Positions 13,011-28,373 of a stretch of 64,000 nucleotides of DNA are shown here, piece by piece. A program made the position numbers and the translations under genes. The notes below the pieces were generated by a model, which saw only the letters and a list, made by a program, of their open reading frames with translations, ran no database searches and was not told where the DNA came from. Source of the DNA: Eledone cirrhosa (taxonomy: Eukaryota); contig OZ024748.1 of the NCBI GenBank assembly GCA_964016885.1, positions 59,830,001 to 59,894,000 of the forward strand, in the 5' to 3' direction. How positions within the stretch are numbered: position 1 is the stretch's first letter; each line of letters begins with the position of its first letter.

Positions 13011-13395
13011 TATATATATACATACATGCACACATATATATATATATGTACGTGTGGATTCACCGAACATTTATTATAATGCTCGGTTTGTTTGTAAATA
13101 AACATCCCGAATTAAGCCGTACAGTGTTTAGCAACCATCGTTGCCCTTTTGTTCAACACTGACAAAGGAACGATGTATACCGTATATCTTCCTGCCAGAT
13201 GATAGGAACGTCTGAAAATATATACTTTCCTTATGCATATTAACGGCTAATAAGCTTGAAACTAGTACATCGTTCCTTTGTCAGTGTTGAACAAAAGGGC
13301 AACGATGGTTGCTAAACACTGTACGGCTTAATTCGGGATGTTTGTTTACAAACAAACCGAGCATTATAATAAATGTTCGGTGAACCCACACGTAT
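12845..13395. mobile_element. PLE fold-back insertion family J (ribozyme core lost)
   Basis: 13045-13177 inverted against 13266-13395; homologous to 49161-49921. Confidence 0.8.
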
Positions 13396-13498
13396 ATATA
13401 TATATATATATATGTGTGTATGTATGTATATATAGATACATACTACTGTACATCTGTATACATATATGTATGTACGTATACATACGTATATATATATA

Positions 13499-14092
13499 AG
13501 TTGGTGCTACTGGTAACATGTATCCCAGTACAACCTGTCTCATGGTCGGGTCGTTGGCGACTAAACTGGCAACCCCACCAAGGTTTCTTGGTGAGGAGGG
13601 TGACTTTGGACATCCTGCAGGACTAAAAACAAAACCTGTCAAAGGGGAAAGGAGTTCTTAAGAGTCAATGGCCATCCAAAATCACCAGGAGAGATGACCC
13701 CTTAGCCTTTGACAAGGCAGAATTCTAGAAGGAAAACTTTGATATAACACTTGCAACCCTGATGGTATCCAATGATGTTGAGTTGTTCTTCTTTTTGGTA
13801 AATATCATCTTGGTTAAGAGAGTGGGACTGGATTTGTGCAGTGCCTTTGCTCACTATAAAAGCTTCATGGCACAAGCATTGCTTTATATCTGGAGATCTC
13901 TCTGCACTTGTCGTCACATGGTACCATGGGCCCAGCACTATGTGTCAATAATTGTCGCAAGTGTAGTGTTTGTACCAGAGTTTTCAAGTCGCTGGCTGGA
14001 CTAAAAAGTCACACTCGTTCAGCGCATCGGTAGGGGTTCTCCTACATGGATATAAAGTAGTGGCCGTACTCGAAAACGAGTTCGCAGCCCAT
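13499..14092 (+). mobile_element. Non-autonomous RTE-type LINE derivative, about 590 bp (family K)
   Basis: Three near-identical copies; 3' part encodes the C2H2 finger CSVCTRVFKSLAGLKSHTRSAHR* (13962-14033), typical of RTE ORF C-termini. Confidence 0.75.
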
Positions 14093-14185
14093 ACATACAC
14101 ATCCTAATACACCCTTTCTTTATCTCTTCCTCTCCTTATTTCTTATCAGTAATTCCTGAATAAGATCTATAAAATGATAAAAATG

Positions 14186-14234
<49 letters not shown>

Positions 14235-14375
14235 GCAACAACATCAACAATAACAACAACAACATATTTACATCTTGATCGTATTGATAGGTAGAATTTC
14301 CCTGAGCTAACACTGAGTTATCTACGCAGAGAAACACTCATACACACATGAACATTTGTATATATATTTATATGC

Positions 14376-14478
<103 letters not shown>

Positions 14479-14604
14479 AATATATATAGATGTCTATGCT
14501 CAGAGCTTTCATGAATTCAAAATTTTAATAAATTTGAAAAAGATTAATATCTCTATATCCTGTCTATCGCTGACTCTCTCTCTCTCCCTCTCTCTCTCTC
14601 TCTT

Positions 14605-14656
<52 letters not shown>

Positions 14657-14659
14657 CCC

Positions 14660-14755
<96 letters not shown>

Positions 14756-14822
14756 TCCTTCCATATACCTGTACCGATTGTGTTGTTATTTCTGTTTACC
14801 TTTTACATACATATATACATAC

Positions 14823-14928
<106 letters not shown>

Positions 14929-15142
14929 TTATATGTGGATTGTTGGACTGTGTATTGTATTACATTAGTGAATAACAGACGAATCTATTTGAGATATGTT
15001 ACTGTAATAATTAGCAATAAAAATATAACTAAACTCTGCTACAAATCTACTGAACTTCACACAGAACAACTTGACTATCGGCATATTATAGGTCCTAACA
15101 CTAACTCTATCATTATTACTATAAATCATTATTACTACAAAA

Positions 15143-15420
15143 GTTGACTTTGCCTTTCATCTTTACGGGGTCGATAAAATAAAGTACCAGTAATGCACTG
15201 GGTAATTGCTGGCCTTGTGCCTAAAGTAGAAACAATTATTACTACAAAAGGGCGATGAATTGGCAGTATCGGTAGAGGGTCGGACGCCATGCTTTCCAGC
15301 ATAGTTACGTCCCTTTACGGTCTGAGTTCAAATCCCGTCGAGGTTAATTTTGCCTTTCATCCTTACCGGGTCGATAAAATAAAGTACCAGTAATCAACTG
15401 GTTAATTGCTGGCCTTGTAG
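15143..15420 (+). mobile_element. Two tandem tRNA-derived SINE copies (5'-truncated + near full)
   Basis: Same sequence as the 8263 SINE; first copy flanked by ATTATTACTACAAAAG duplication. Confidence 0.85.
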
Positions 15421-15559
15421 CTTTTGCCACAGCCTATCACGCGCACGCGCATTCTTTCCCTCATTTAAATTTTAAATAATTTTCCCCCCATAACGGCATT
15501 CCTGTTTTAACGACATCACAACTTTCTCCGCTTAGCCTGTTCCCCTCCTTTTGGAACTT

Positions 15560-15595
15560 TCCCCCGTTGATGGGCGTGAGCCCGAAATATTGGGA
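15560..15595 (+). ncRNA. Decayed minimal hammerhead in island 15421-15790
   Basis: TCCC-CCGTTGA-T GGGC GTGA GCCC-GAAA-TA-TT-GGGA; stems I and II perfect, two core substitutions. Confidence 0.5.
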
Positions 15596-15786
15596 TTAAA
15601 TCTCCACTACGGTAACCCTTCTACCTTTGTTTTGTTTTCATCTTTGTCTCTCTCAATTTTCACTTTCTCCTATTTCTCCTATCTATCATTCACTTCCTAC
15701 CTCGAGATTTCCCTCTGCATTGTTGTGGCTTTCTAAACTACGTATTTTACACATTTCACAATGCTTCAAGCAAACTTTAACACCCT

Positions 15787-15826
<40 letters not shown>

Positions 15827-15830
<4 letters not shown>

Positions 15831-16034
15831 AACGAGTAGGACCCCGACGGCTGAGCTCAAGCCGTTTCGACGGCTAATTCTGGACTAACATTTTAGTCCA
15901 GAATTGGCCGTCGAAACAGCTTGAGCTCAGCCGTCGGGGTCCTACTCGTTCCTATTACCCACTCTACTACCCTAAGTATTGAGTACTTTGGTGCGTTATG
16001 GTCCACCTGGTTCCTTACCACATTTCCTTCGTTA
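15827..16034 (+). mobile_element. PLE fold-back insertion family G (3' half of hammerhead only)
   Basis: 15827-15888 inverted against 15893-15954; GAAA-CAGCTTGAGCTCAGCCG-TC-GGGGT; flanked by (TA)n. Confidence 0.85.
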
Positions 16035-16093
16035 TATATATATATATATACACACACACAAACACATACATATAAATATATATATATATATAT

Positions 16094-16310
16094 AGTTAAA
16101 AGAATAGAGGTGTAACACACAAGTTATTATATATTGGTAAACGGAATAGAAAATGCTGACAAATTGTTCACAGTTGAAAAATGGTTTAAATTAGGAATAA
16201 AAGAGTATTAGTAATTGTATGGGTTAGTATTCAGTTGTAGTTTGAAGTTTTTAAGTTTTTACCGGTTGCGCATTTCTAAATGCTTTTCAAAAATAATTTT
16301 GAGATAGAGT
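16094..16310 (-). mobile_element. 3' end copy (family F) of the Neptune-type PLE
   Basis: Reverse complement of 54338-54541. Confidence 0.8.
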
Positions 16311-16336
16311 GTCCCGTTACGACGGGCATGTGGTTA

Positions 16337-16401
<65 letters not shown>

Positions 16402-16404
<3 letters not shown>

Positions 16405-16520
16405 TAAAATAACAGATTAAAGTTTAAGCAAAGAATCGCTGCTTTCAATCTTAACGGGATCTTCTGAAACTAAAAAGATCAATCTGTGAACGCAGAAGTA
16501 GATAATTCAAAATACGTTAC
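16402..16520 (-). mobile_element. PLE fragment family L with CAGAAGA-core hammerhead (16421-16471)
   Basis: Matches 41612-41730. Confidence 0.75.
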
Positions 16521-16924
16521 ACACACACTATATATATCTACTATATAAATTGGAACTGGTCGGACGTTGTATATTTAAGTAAGTAGGTGTAGTCGGATAA
16601 ACGTCGAAATGGCTTGGTGGAATGCTGCGAAAATTTACACAGTTTTGTAGAATGACCCGAGAAGGCGTTGGGTCGACTTTTAGGGTACAAGCTTCCATGG
16701 TTACGGAGAAAATCGATGAAACAGGATTTTCCCATTCAAATTGAACTGAGAGTAATCTGTGAACGCAGGAGTAAATATTTCGAGAAACGTTGCAACCGAA
16801 CGAAAACAGGAAGACGATATTTTGGTTCGTTAAGACGATAGACATACACATACATGTGTATGCCCCGATGGACATACACATACATACGCACACAAAAATA
16901 CATACCCCCCCCCCCCACACACAC

Positions 16925-17367
16925 ACAGGAGCGCACGCGTGTATAAACTTTATGCATTTCTACAGTATTTTCACCAAACTTAAGACATTGGTTACTTATG
17001 TACTCCGGATGGTCATGGGTACTTTAATTTTTACAGATATTGATTATACGGCCTCCCGGCAGATAACCACTTCTTTGGAGTCGACTGAACCACTGCAGTG
17101 CAATGCAACAAAACGTCATAACTTCTGTAGTTCGCAACGGATTTTCACAAAACTTGACTCATGGGCTACGTTTGTCCTACAGATGAATCTGAACTCTCAG
17201 AATTGGCACATGTTGAGTAGGGGAGCCCTGGGGGCAGAAACTCCCTTTTGGAAAAAAGCCGATGGTTTTGTAAAAGTATAGTTTTCGAAGCAGCACTGAA
17301 GTATTGACATAAATGGTATACACAACTGCTATTTAATACCCGAGCAACGCCGGGTACCTCTGCTAGT
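16925..17367 (+). mobile_element. Non-autonomous Helitron/Helentron-like element, 3' portion
   Basis: 3' hairpin CCCGAGCAACGCCGGG (17339-17354) followed by CTAG-T (17363-17367); internal ATTTTCACCAAACTT / CGGATTTTCACAAAACTTG motifs. Confidence 0.65.
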
Positions 17368-17381
17368 ATATATATATATAC

Positions 17382-17493
<112 letters not shown>

Positions 17494-17518
17494 GGCACAC
17501 ACACATATATATATATAC

Positions 17519-18435
<917 letters not shown>

Positions 18436-18445
18436 TATATATATT

Positions 18446-18512
<67 letters not shown>

Positions 18513-18522
18513 AATATATATA

Positions 18523-18555
<33 letters not shown>

Positions 18556-18971
18556 AATATCTATATCTATATATACACACAGACATGCATATATATACAT
18601 ACATACATGCACACATATACACAAACAGACATATATGCAAACACACATACGAATAAACACAGATACTCTAAAGCAGCCAAATACAAACTGGCACACACAT
18701 ACACACACATACACACACACGATCACACACTGATACAAACACACATACACAAACATATACTTACACAAACAGAAACAAATACACACGCATACACACACAA
18801 CTACACCTACTCGTACAAACACATAGTCGTACAGAAGCACGCGCGTTCACAAACATACACACCTTTACACAGATAAACACACAGACATAAACACACATAT
18901 ACACCCGCCCCCACAAAACAGGTAATCTACACACACTTTTCTACAAGTATATCTATATATATACACACACA

Positions 18972-19156
18972 GACAGAACTTGTAATCAACATACTCATAC
19001 ACCCAATTATAAACACACACAGACACACAGACACACAGAACTTGTAATCAACACACTCATATACACAATTATGAATACACACACACACACACAGACACAC
19101 AGATCTTGAAATCAACACGCCCATATACACAATTATAAATACACACACACATACAC

Positions 19157-19187
<31 letters not shown>

Positions 19188-19510
19188 CAGAAATTGTAAT
19201 CAACACGCTCATATACACAATTATAAATACACACACATATATACACACACACACATACACACAGACACACAGAACTTGTAATCAACACACTCATATACAC
19301 AGTTATAAATACACACACACACACATACACGGACACACACACCCACACCCACACACACCCACACACACACAGACACACATAACTTGTAATCAACACGCTC
19401 ATATACACAATTATAAATACACACACACACATATACACACACCCATACACACACACACACATACACACAGACACACACAGATACACAGTATTGTAAACTA
19501 CACACTCATA
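18972..19510 (+). repeat. Minisatellite: about 40-bp motif separated by variable (CA)n spacers, about 7 units
   Basis: CAGAACTTGTAATCAACACACTCATATACACAATTATAAATAC repeated. Confidence 0.85.
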
Positions 19511-20012
19511 TACACACATACACTCACACACATATCTCCCCCCCCCCCCCCACACACGCACAGGTTGCTATCTTCTACAGACACTATTACCTGTCTGTTT
19601 TAATACCTGCCTCTCTTAACTATCTTCTCACGTTCATCCCCTCCTCTTCTTCTTCCCCCTCACCATCTTCTTTTCCTAATTATCCTCCCCGCACCCCCTG
19701 TTTCAACCTCCTGCTCCTCCTCCTCTTCCTCCTCTCCGCCTCCTCCTCCTATGAACCTCTTACCTCCTCCACCTCACCCCCTCCCCCTTCCACCATGTTA
19801 CTCCTCTTCCTCCCCTCCCTCCTCCAGCTCCCCATCTTCATCTCCTCTCCCGCTCACCCCCTCCTCTTCCACCCTCTGTCTGTCCTCCCCCTCATGTGTT
19901 TAATGAGGAATCATTAGAAAGACAGTTCCAGAAACACCCCTCCCCCTTTAATCGTTACACAATCTCTCCCACACAGACACTAATCCTCTTTCGCGTGTAC
20001 CCCTCCTCCACC

Positions 20013-22895
20013 CCACACCACACCACACTACACCACACTACACCACACCACACCATACTACACCACACTACACCACACCACACCACACCACACCACACCA
20101 CACCACACCACACCACACCACACCACACCACACCACACCACACCACACTACACTACACTACACCACACTACACTACACCACACTACACCACACCACACCA
20201 CACCACACCACACCACACTACACCACACCACACCACCCCACAACACACCACACCACACCACACCACACCACACCACACCACACCACACCACACCACACCA
20301 CACCACACTACACCACACCACACCACACCACAACACACCACACCACACCACACCACACCACACCACACCACACCACACTACACCACACCACACTACACTA
20401 CACTACACCACACCACACCACACCACACCACACCACACTACACTACACCACACTACACTACACTACACTACACCACACCACACTACACCACAACACACCA
20501 CACCACACCACACCACACCACACCACACCACACCACACCACACCACACTACACCACACCACACCACACCACACCACACCATACTACACCACACCACACCA
20601 CACCACACCACACCACACCACACCACACTACACCACACCACACCACACCACACCACACCACACTACACCACACCACACCACACTACACTACACTACACTA
20701 CACCACACCACACCACACCACACCACACCACACCACTCCACACCACACTACACTACACTACACTACACCACACCACACCACACCATACTACACCACACCA
20801 CACCACACCACACCACACCACACCACACCACACTACACCACACCACACCACACCACACCATACTACACCACACCACACCACACCACACCACACCACACCA
20901 CACCACACTACACCACACCACACTACACTACACTACACCACACCACACCACACTACACCACAACACACCACACCACACCACACCACACCACACTACACCA
21001 CACTACACCACACCACACCACACCACACTACACTACACTACACTACACCACAACACACCACACCACACACACCACACCACACTACACCACACCACACCAC
21101 ACTACACCACACTACACCACACCACACTACACCATACTACACCGCACCACACCACACCACACCACACCACACCACACCACACCACACCACACCACACTAC
21201 ACCACACTACACCACACCACACCACACTACACCACACCACACTACACCATACTACACCACACCACACCACACCACACCACACTACACCACACCACACCAT
21301 ACTACACCACACTACACCAGACCACACCACACCACACTACACCACACTACACCACACCATACTACACCACACTACACCGCACCACACCACACTACACCAC
21401 ACCACACCACACTACACCACAACACACCACACCACACCACACCACACTACACCACACCACACTACACCATACTACACCACACCACACCACACCACACCAC
21501 ACCACACCACACTACACCACACCACACCATACTACACCACACTACACCACACCACACCACACCACACCACACCACACTACACCACACCACACTACACCAT
21601 ACTACACCACACCACACCACACCACACCACACCATACTACACCACACCACACCACACCACACCACACCACACCACACCACACCACACTACACCACACCAC
21701 ACTACACTACACCACACCACACTACACCACACCACACCACACTACACCACACCACACTACACCACACCACACTACACCATACTACACCACACTACACCGC
21801 ACCACACCACACCACACTACACCACACCACACCACACTACACCACACCACACTACACCATACTACACCACACTACACCGCACCACACCACACCACACTAC
21901 ACCACACCACACTACACCATACTACACCACACTACACCACACCACACCACACCACACCACACCACACTACACTACACACACCACACCACACCACACCACC
22001 ACACCACACTGCACCACACCATACTACACCACACTACACTACACCACACCACACCACACCACACTACACCACACTACACCACACCACACCACACCATACC
22101 ATACCACATCACACCACACCACACCACACCATACCACACCACACCACACCACACCATACCATACCACACCACACCACACCACACCACACCGCACCACACC
22201 ACACCACACCACACCACACCACACTGCACCACACCACACCACACTACACTACACCACACCACACCACACTTCACCACACCACACCACACCACACCACACC
22301 ACACCATACTACACCACATCATACCACACCACACCACACTACACCACTTTACACCACACCACACTACACTAGACCACACCACACCACACCACACCACACT
22401 GCACCACACCACACTACACCACACCACACTACACTACACCACACCACACCACACTACACCACACTACACCACACATACCATACCACACCACACCACACCA
22501 CACCACACCACACCACACCACACCACACCACACCATACCACACCACACCACACCACACCACACCATACCACACCACACCACACCACACCACACCACACCA
22601 TACCACACCACACCACACCACACCACACCACACCACACCACACTGCACCACACCACACCACACTACACTACACTACACTACACCACACTACACCACACTA
22701 CACCACACCATACTAGACCACACCATACCACCACACCACACCACACCACACTACACCACACTACACCACACTACACCACACTACACCACACCACACTACA
22801 CACTACACCACACCACACCACACTACACCACACTACACCACACCACACCATACCACACCACACCACACTACACCACACTACACCACACTACACCA
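20013..22895 (+). repeat. (CACCA/CACTA)n pentanucleotide satellite, about 2.9 kb
   Basis: Direct reading; source of the spurious 1029-aa HHTTP ORF. Confidence 0.97.
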
Positions 22896-22985
22896 TCATC
22901 CAATTTCACCCCCGCACAACACAACTTACAGACATATAGATACATAGACGCACACAGACAGACATGTACACAGACACACACATAA

Positions 22986-23040
<55 letters not shown>

Positions 23041-23291
23041 AGATCAACAATACTCAATCAAACACACACACACATAAATACACACAAACATATTTATATA
23101 TATACGATCAAGCACAAATACTCAATCACATACAGACCCACACACACACATATATATGTAAAACACACATGTATCCAAAGTCATACAGACATATTTAAAC
23201 ACAGCTGTATATATGCAGAAACATACAATCGTCAAACCACAAACACACTAATATATACATTGTTTCAAAACACTGTTACACACACATACGC

Positions 23292-23382
<91 letters not shown>

Positions 23383-23384
<2 letters not shown>

Positions 23385-23740
23385 GGAAAATGTATGACCC
23401 CGACGGCAGAACTCAAGCCGTTTCGACGGCTATTTCTGATCCAGAAATAGCCGTCGAAACGGCTTGAGCTCTGCCGTCGGGGGCCATACATTTTCCTATT
23501 ACCCACTATACTACCCTAAGTATTGAGTACTTTGATGTGTTATGGTCCATCTGGTTCCTTACCACAACTCCTTCGTTATATATATATATATATATAGAGG
23601 GAGAGAGAGAGAGAAAGAGATATATAGATACATAGATAGATAGATATATAGTAAAAGAGTCAGGACCTCGACGGGTGAGCTCCGGCCGTTTTGTCAGCTA
23701 AATCTGGTACACCTGGTTCCTTACCACACTTCCTTCGTTA
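23383..23740. mobile_element. PLE family G fold-back (23383-23578) plus a second rearranged fragment (23651-23740)
   Basis: 23383-23438 inverted against 23442-23499; same sequence family as 15827-16034. Confidence 0.85.
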
Positions 23741-23745
23741 CATAC

Positions 23746-23782
<37 letters not shown>

Positions 23783-23844
23783 AAGCTATTTACATACATA
23801 CATCATACATATGTACATAAATACAAATATGAGTACACACATAC

Positions 23845-24407
23845 ATGGTGGCTGCCAACTCGTTTTCGAGTACGGCTACTACTTTATATCCATGTAGGAG
23901 AACCCCTACCGATGCGCTGAACGAGTGGGACTTTTTAGTCCAGCCAGCGACTTGAAAATTCTGGTACAAACACTACACCTGTGACAATTATTGACACATA
24001 ATGCTGGGCCCATGGTACCATGTGACGTCAAGTGCAGAGAGATCTCCAGATATAAAGCAATGCCTATGCCGTGAAGCTTTTATAGTGAGCAAAGGCACTG
24101 CACAAAGCCAATCCCACTCTCTTAACCAAGATGATATTTACCAAAAAGAAAAACAAGTCAACATCATTGGATACCATCAGGGTTGCAGGTGTTATATCAG
24201 AGTTTCCCTTCTCCTAGAATTCTGCCTTGACAAAGGCTAAGGGGACATCTCTCCCGGTGATTTTGGATGGCCATTGACTCTTAAGAGCTCCTTTGTCCTT
24301 TGTCCTCACCAAGAAACCTTGATGGGGTTGCCAGTTTAGTCGCCAAGGACCCGACCATGAGACAGGTTGTACTGAGATACATGTTACCAGTAGCACCAAC
24401 TGGTGAC
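23845..24407 (-). mobile_element. Non-autonomous RTE-type element family K (copy with small internal deletion)
   Basis: Reverse complement of 13499-14092. Confidence 0.8.
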
Positions 24408-24891
24408 ATACATACATACATACATATAAGCATACACACACACATACATACATACAAATATGCATATACACACATACATACACACATACATACACACATA
24501 CATACATGCATACATATATACAACTACACACACACACACACACATATATGGACACACAAAGCGAAATTTTGACAAATAAACGCACACAGTTAAACTCGCA
24601 CATACACACGAACACAACTCAGGCAATACTGTCAACATGTTGGAAACAATTACAATTCTATTACTGTAAGGCTTCCATACATTATTTCTATTTTTACAAT
24701 CACTTGTTGTATGTGAATGGAAACACGATATACTATGGCGTTGACCCGTTGTCATGGAAACTAATGTAAACTGTTCTGGTCACTATGAGGATGAGTAGGT
24801 GTACGGGTGTGTGTATATGTGTGTATAGTGTGTATAGTGTGTATGGTGTATATGTGTGTATAGAAAATGTGTAGGAGTTGTTGCACAAATA

Positions 24892-25150
24892 TCTATATAT
24901 CTAAAACAGGGAATGTCTGTCTGTCTGTCTGACTGACTAAAACTCGAGAACCACCCAACCAATTTTTTTCAAACTTTACACATGTAATCCTTATGTTTCT
25001 GGGAGTGGTTTGAGCAAATAAAATTTCAAATGTTCTATGGCCTGGGACCGCATTAGGCGATTTAGTGATCTCTCTCTATAATTCTTAGTCTTTCTTTTTA
25101 GATAGATACATAGATATAACGTTGCGCCCTTATAATATCTGTTTCTATGT
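24892..25150 (+). mobile_element. Helitron/Helentron-like 5' end
   Basis: A|TCTATATATCTAAAA...(GTCT)n...CCAATTTTTTTCAAACTTTACACA; right boundary approximate. Confidence 0.55.
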
Positions 25151-25628
25151 CTGTCTGTCTGCATTTCGACATTATGACGTTATATATGTGTGTGTATATA
25201 TATATGTATATATAGTGTGTGTGTATATATAGAGTGTGTAACGTTTTTCGAAATATTTATTCTGCGTTCACAGATTGATTTTTTTTAGTTTTGGTGAGGC
25301 AACGTAAAGAGTGGAAAATGAGAAAACAAGTCAGTGATACATGTGAACATAAGATCTAGTGAATCATTGACGAGAAGACGAAAGACGCATCCAAGCCATG
25401 TGAAATGTGAGCGAGAAAAGAATTTCACACGGGTCAGACGGGACGAAGTGAGAGCGGGTGAGTAGCAGAGATTGAGTGAGTGAACGTGTGAGGAAGAGGC
25501 TAGCCGAGAGAGAGTGACTAGCAGAGGCGGTGAATGAAAGTAAGAGGTACACGGAGAGAGAATGGGGAGAGAGAAAGAGGATAGCAGTAAGGGAAGAGAA
25601 AAAGACAGGTCACATATATATATATACA

Positions 25629-25755
25629 TTTGGCAGTATCGGTAGACGGTCGGACGCCATGCTTTGAAGCATAGAGTTACCTCGCTCTATGTTCTGAGTT
25701 CAAATCCCGCCGCGCTTTACTTTGCCATTCATCCTTACGGGGTCGATAAAATAAC
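25629..25755 (+). mobile_element. tRNA-derived SINE (3'-truncated)
   Basis: TTGGCAGTATCGGTAG...GAGTTCAAATCC...GGGGTCGATAAAATAA. Confidence 0.85.
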
Positions 25756-25899
25756 CATGTAATTCAGCGCCGAAACATTGGTTCGGGAAACATTTACAGC
25801 TGACGATGGAAACTCCTTTCTTCCTTTCTCCTCCTGTCCCGTCCTAACCACCATCCTAAACCTTGTTTTTAGTAACCACACAGCTCCTTTCGTTTCATA

Positions 25900-25996
<97 letters not shown>

Positions 25997-26475
25997 GGGT
26001 ACAAACTCTCTCGCTGCTATATGTATATATAGCAAACGTTTTAGGCGATCTTTAGTCACGTGGCCTCTAACCTATTTTAGATGCTTATTCGATGGATCGT
26101 CTGCTATTGTGTAGTTTAATCTGGCGAAATGTGATGTGGAATTTGTTGAGGCTGAAATGAAATCTATTTGTTAGTATCTCGTAAATATTAATGTTGTTGG
26201 ACAAGATGAAAGAAGATGGTAATATAATAGAAATAACACACGTTTCTTTAGTAAAAGATGAAGAACATAGGAGAGCGGTTTAATGGAAGATGCTGGTGGG
26301 GGAGGGATAACAATAGACGTGAATAGCAATGAGGAAGAATGATGTTTCATGAGGATATGGTGGCGATGTAGACGGCTATGAAAAAAGGGAGATAAATAGT
26401 GATAGTGATGCTGTAAATGGCAATGTCGAAGAAGCTATATATAAACATAATGATGTAAATGGCGATGACGTTCTC

Positions 26476-26537
<62 letters not shown>

Positions 26538-26551
26538 TTTTCCACACACAC

Positions 26552-26625
<74 letters not shown>

Positions 26626-26657
26626 GTGTGTATCTATCTATCTATCTATCTATCTAT

Positions 26658-26962
26658 GAAAGGTGGGTGAAAGTGGCGAGAATGGACCGAGTGAATGGGC
26701 CTTCTCTCCATATCAGCCTGTAGGTTGAGGAAAAAGAGGAAGAGAGGAAAGGGGTACAAACTCTTCGTACTCCTGGAGATGAGGGTTGCACATTTTTTTG
26801 GGGGGGTATGTGCTACCAATATGAACTGTCTCCCTCTATTGGGGAAAATCGATTAACTTTTAATTTACAATTGTGAAAACATTTTACACGTTTTTATTGT
26901 ATGTAAACTCTCCCCTTTGTAATTGTTCCCTTCTTTTGTGCCCCTGTGGCTAATAAATAAAC
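26658..26962 (+). mobile_element. Tx1/L1-like LINE 3' end inserted in (CTAT)n
   Basis: Short ORF tail ERWVKVARMDRVNGPSLHISL*, then a U-rich UTR and AATAAA directly before the microsatellite; clade assignment is inference. Confidence 0.45.
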
Positions 26963-26963
26963 A

Positions 26964-27014
<51 letters not shown>

Positions 27015-27016
<2 letters not shown>

Positions 27017-27140
27017 GATGATTTCTACCGAATGAAACAGTTCTAGTCCTGTAGAAGCCATTTCTATATTAAATATTTATATTCTGCTTTGTATTGAGTA
27101 CCTTACTAACTGTGGTTACCCCCGATTGAACCCGGGATAA
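27015..27140 (+). mobile_element. PLE family H 3' end beginning at the hammerhead core
   Basis: CTGATGA-TTTCTACCGAAT-GAAA-CAG TTCTAGTC CTG-TA-GAA; tail matches the reverse complement of 10945-11025. Confidence 0.8.
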
Positions 27141-27265
27141 ACGAAGCTGAGAAATGTATTTCAATGACGTGGCTAACTGATTGATCAATCACGTAACTGA
27201 ATCTTTATGTGATAAGGTTACGTTTCCGAGTCAATCCAAGGGACCAGACTTCAGCTATGAAATAT

Positions 27266-27341
<76 letters not shown>

Positions 27342-27845
27342 CGATAGTGCTGATGTGTTGTAATTGGCGCTGTGGTCTGAGGTAGAAAACAATAAGAATG
27401 TTTCATGAGGTTGTGGTGGAGTTGCAGGCAGCTATGAATAAAAAAGGGAGATAACTATGATAGCGACGGCGTCACCATCGTTGTAGCTTATCCCTATATC
27501 CGTCCAGATCAAGCAACATTATCATCAAAGGACTTTCAGCCATGACAGTCTCACCTTTCCTTTCAGACACAGGCTTGCACGTTCTCTTTCTTTTATGGCG
27601 GTGGCCGTTGTAATATGAGGGCAATTTTGTTGCTATTTTTAGCACATTGAGTAAGTAAGTAAAGGGTACCACATTGATTCATTAGTGTTGATGTTAATAG
27701 GGATAGAGGATCGTTTGTTAGGTAGAGAACACAACCATAAGACATTCGGACAGTACAACGATAAAAATATATAAAAATATAGAGAAATAAACAGATAGGA
27801 TAAATACAATAAAATTAATAATAGTAGTAGTACTACTACTACTGC

Positions 27846-27910
<65 letters not shown>

Positions 27911-28054
27911 AAAGATATCAGTAAAACAAAATGTCTGAAGGAGAAAGCAGCGGAGTAAATCAGTGAATTATTCACTTCAGCCTGGAATTATTGAAAGTTC
28001 AAAAGTAGAAGTGATAAAATGGAATCGTTAGTCTAAGACATCAACTTCTAGAGT

Positions 28055-28342
28055 AAATAGGTAAATAAATAAATAAATAAATGAATAAATAAATAAATAA
28101 ACAAATAAATAAATAAATAAGTAAACACACAAATAAATAAATAAACAAATAAATAAATTAAAAAATAAATAAATTGAAAATATATAAACAAATAAATAAA
28201 TAAACAAACAAATAAATAAGTAAATAAATAAAAACATAAAAATAAATGAAAAAATATATATAAAAATAACTAAATAAATGACAAAATAAATGAAAATAAA
28301 TTAAGAATAAATAACAAATAAACAAATAAATAAATAAACAAA

Positions 28343-28373
<31 letters not shown>

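Noticed and set aside
13702-14004. ORFs MLGPWYHV.../MVSNDV... repeated three times, resembling a small gene family
   Set aside because: They are incidental frames of repeat family K; only the zinc-finger frame is recognisable.
18972-19510. CRISPR-like constant repeat with variable spacers
   Set aside because: Spacers are only (CA)n of variable length, the context is eukaryotic, and there are no cas genes.
19896-22985. 1029-aa His/Thr/Pro ORF
   Set aside because: Translation of the (CACCA)n satellite; non-ATG start and no unique domain.
25770-25820. CTGACGATGGAAAC as a hammerhead
   Set aside because: Only 2 nt between the core boxes; no stems.
27214-27260. CTGAAGT...GAAACGTA on the minus strand
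   Set aside because: A9 changed and no convincing stem I; may be a decayed copy but is unsupported.
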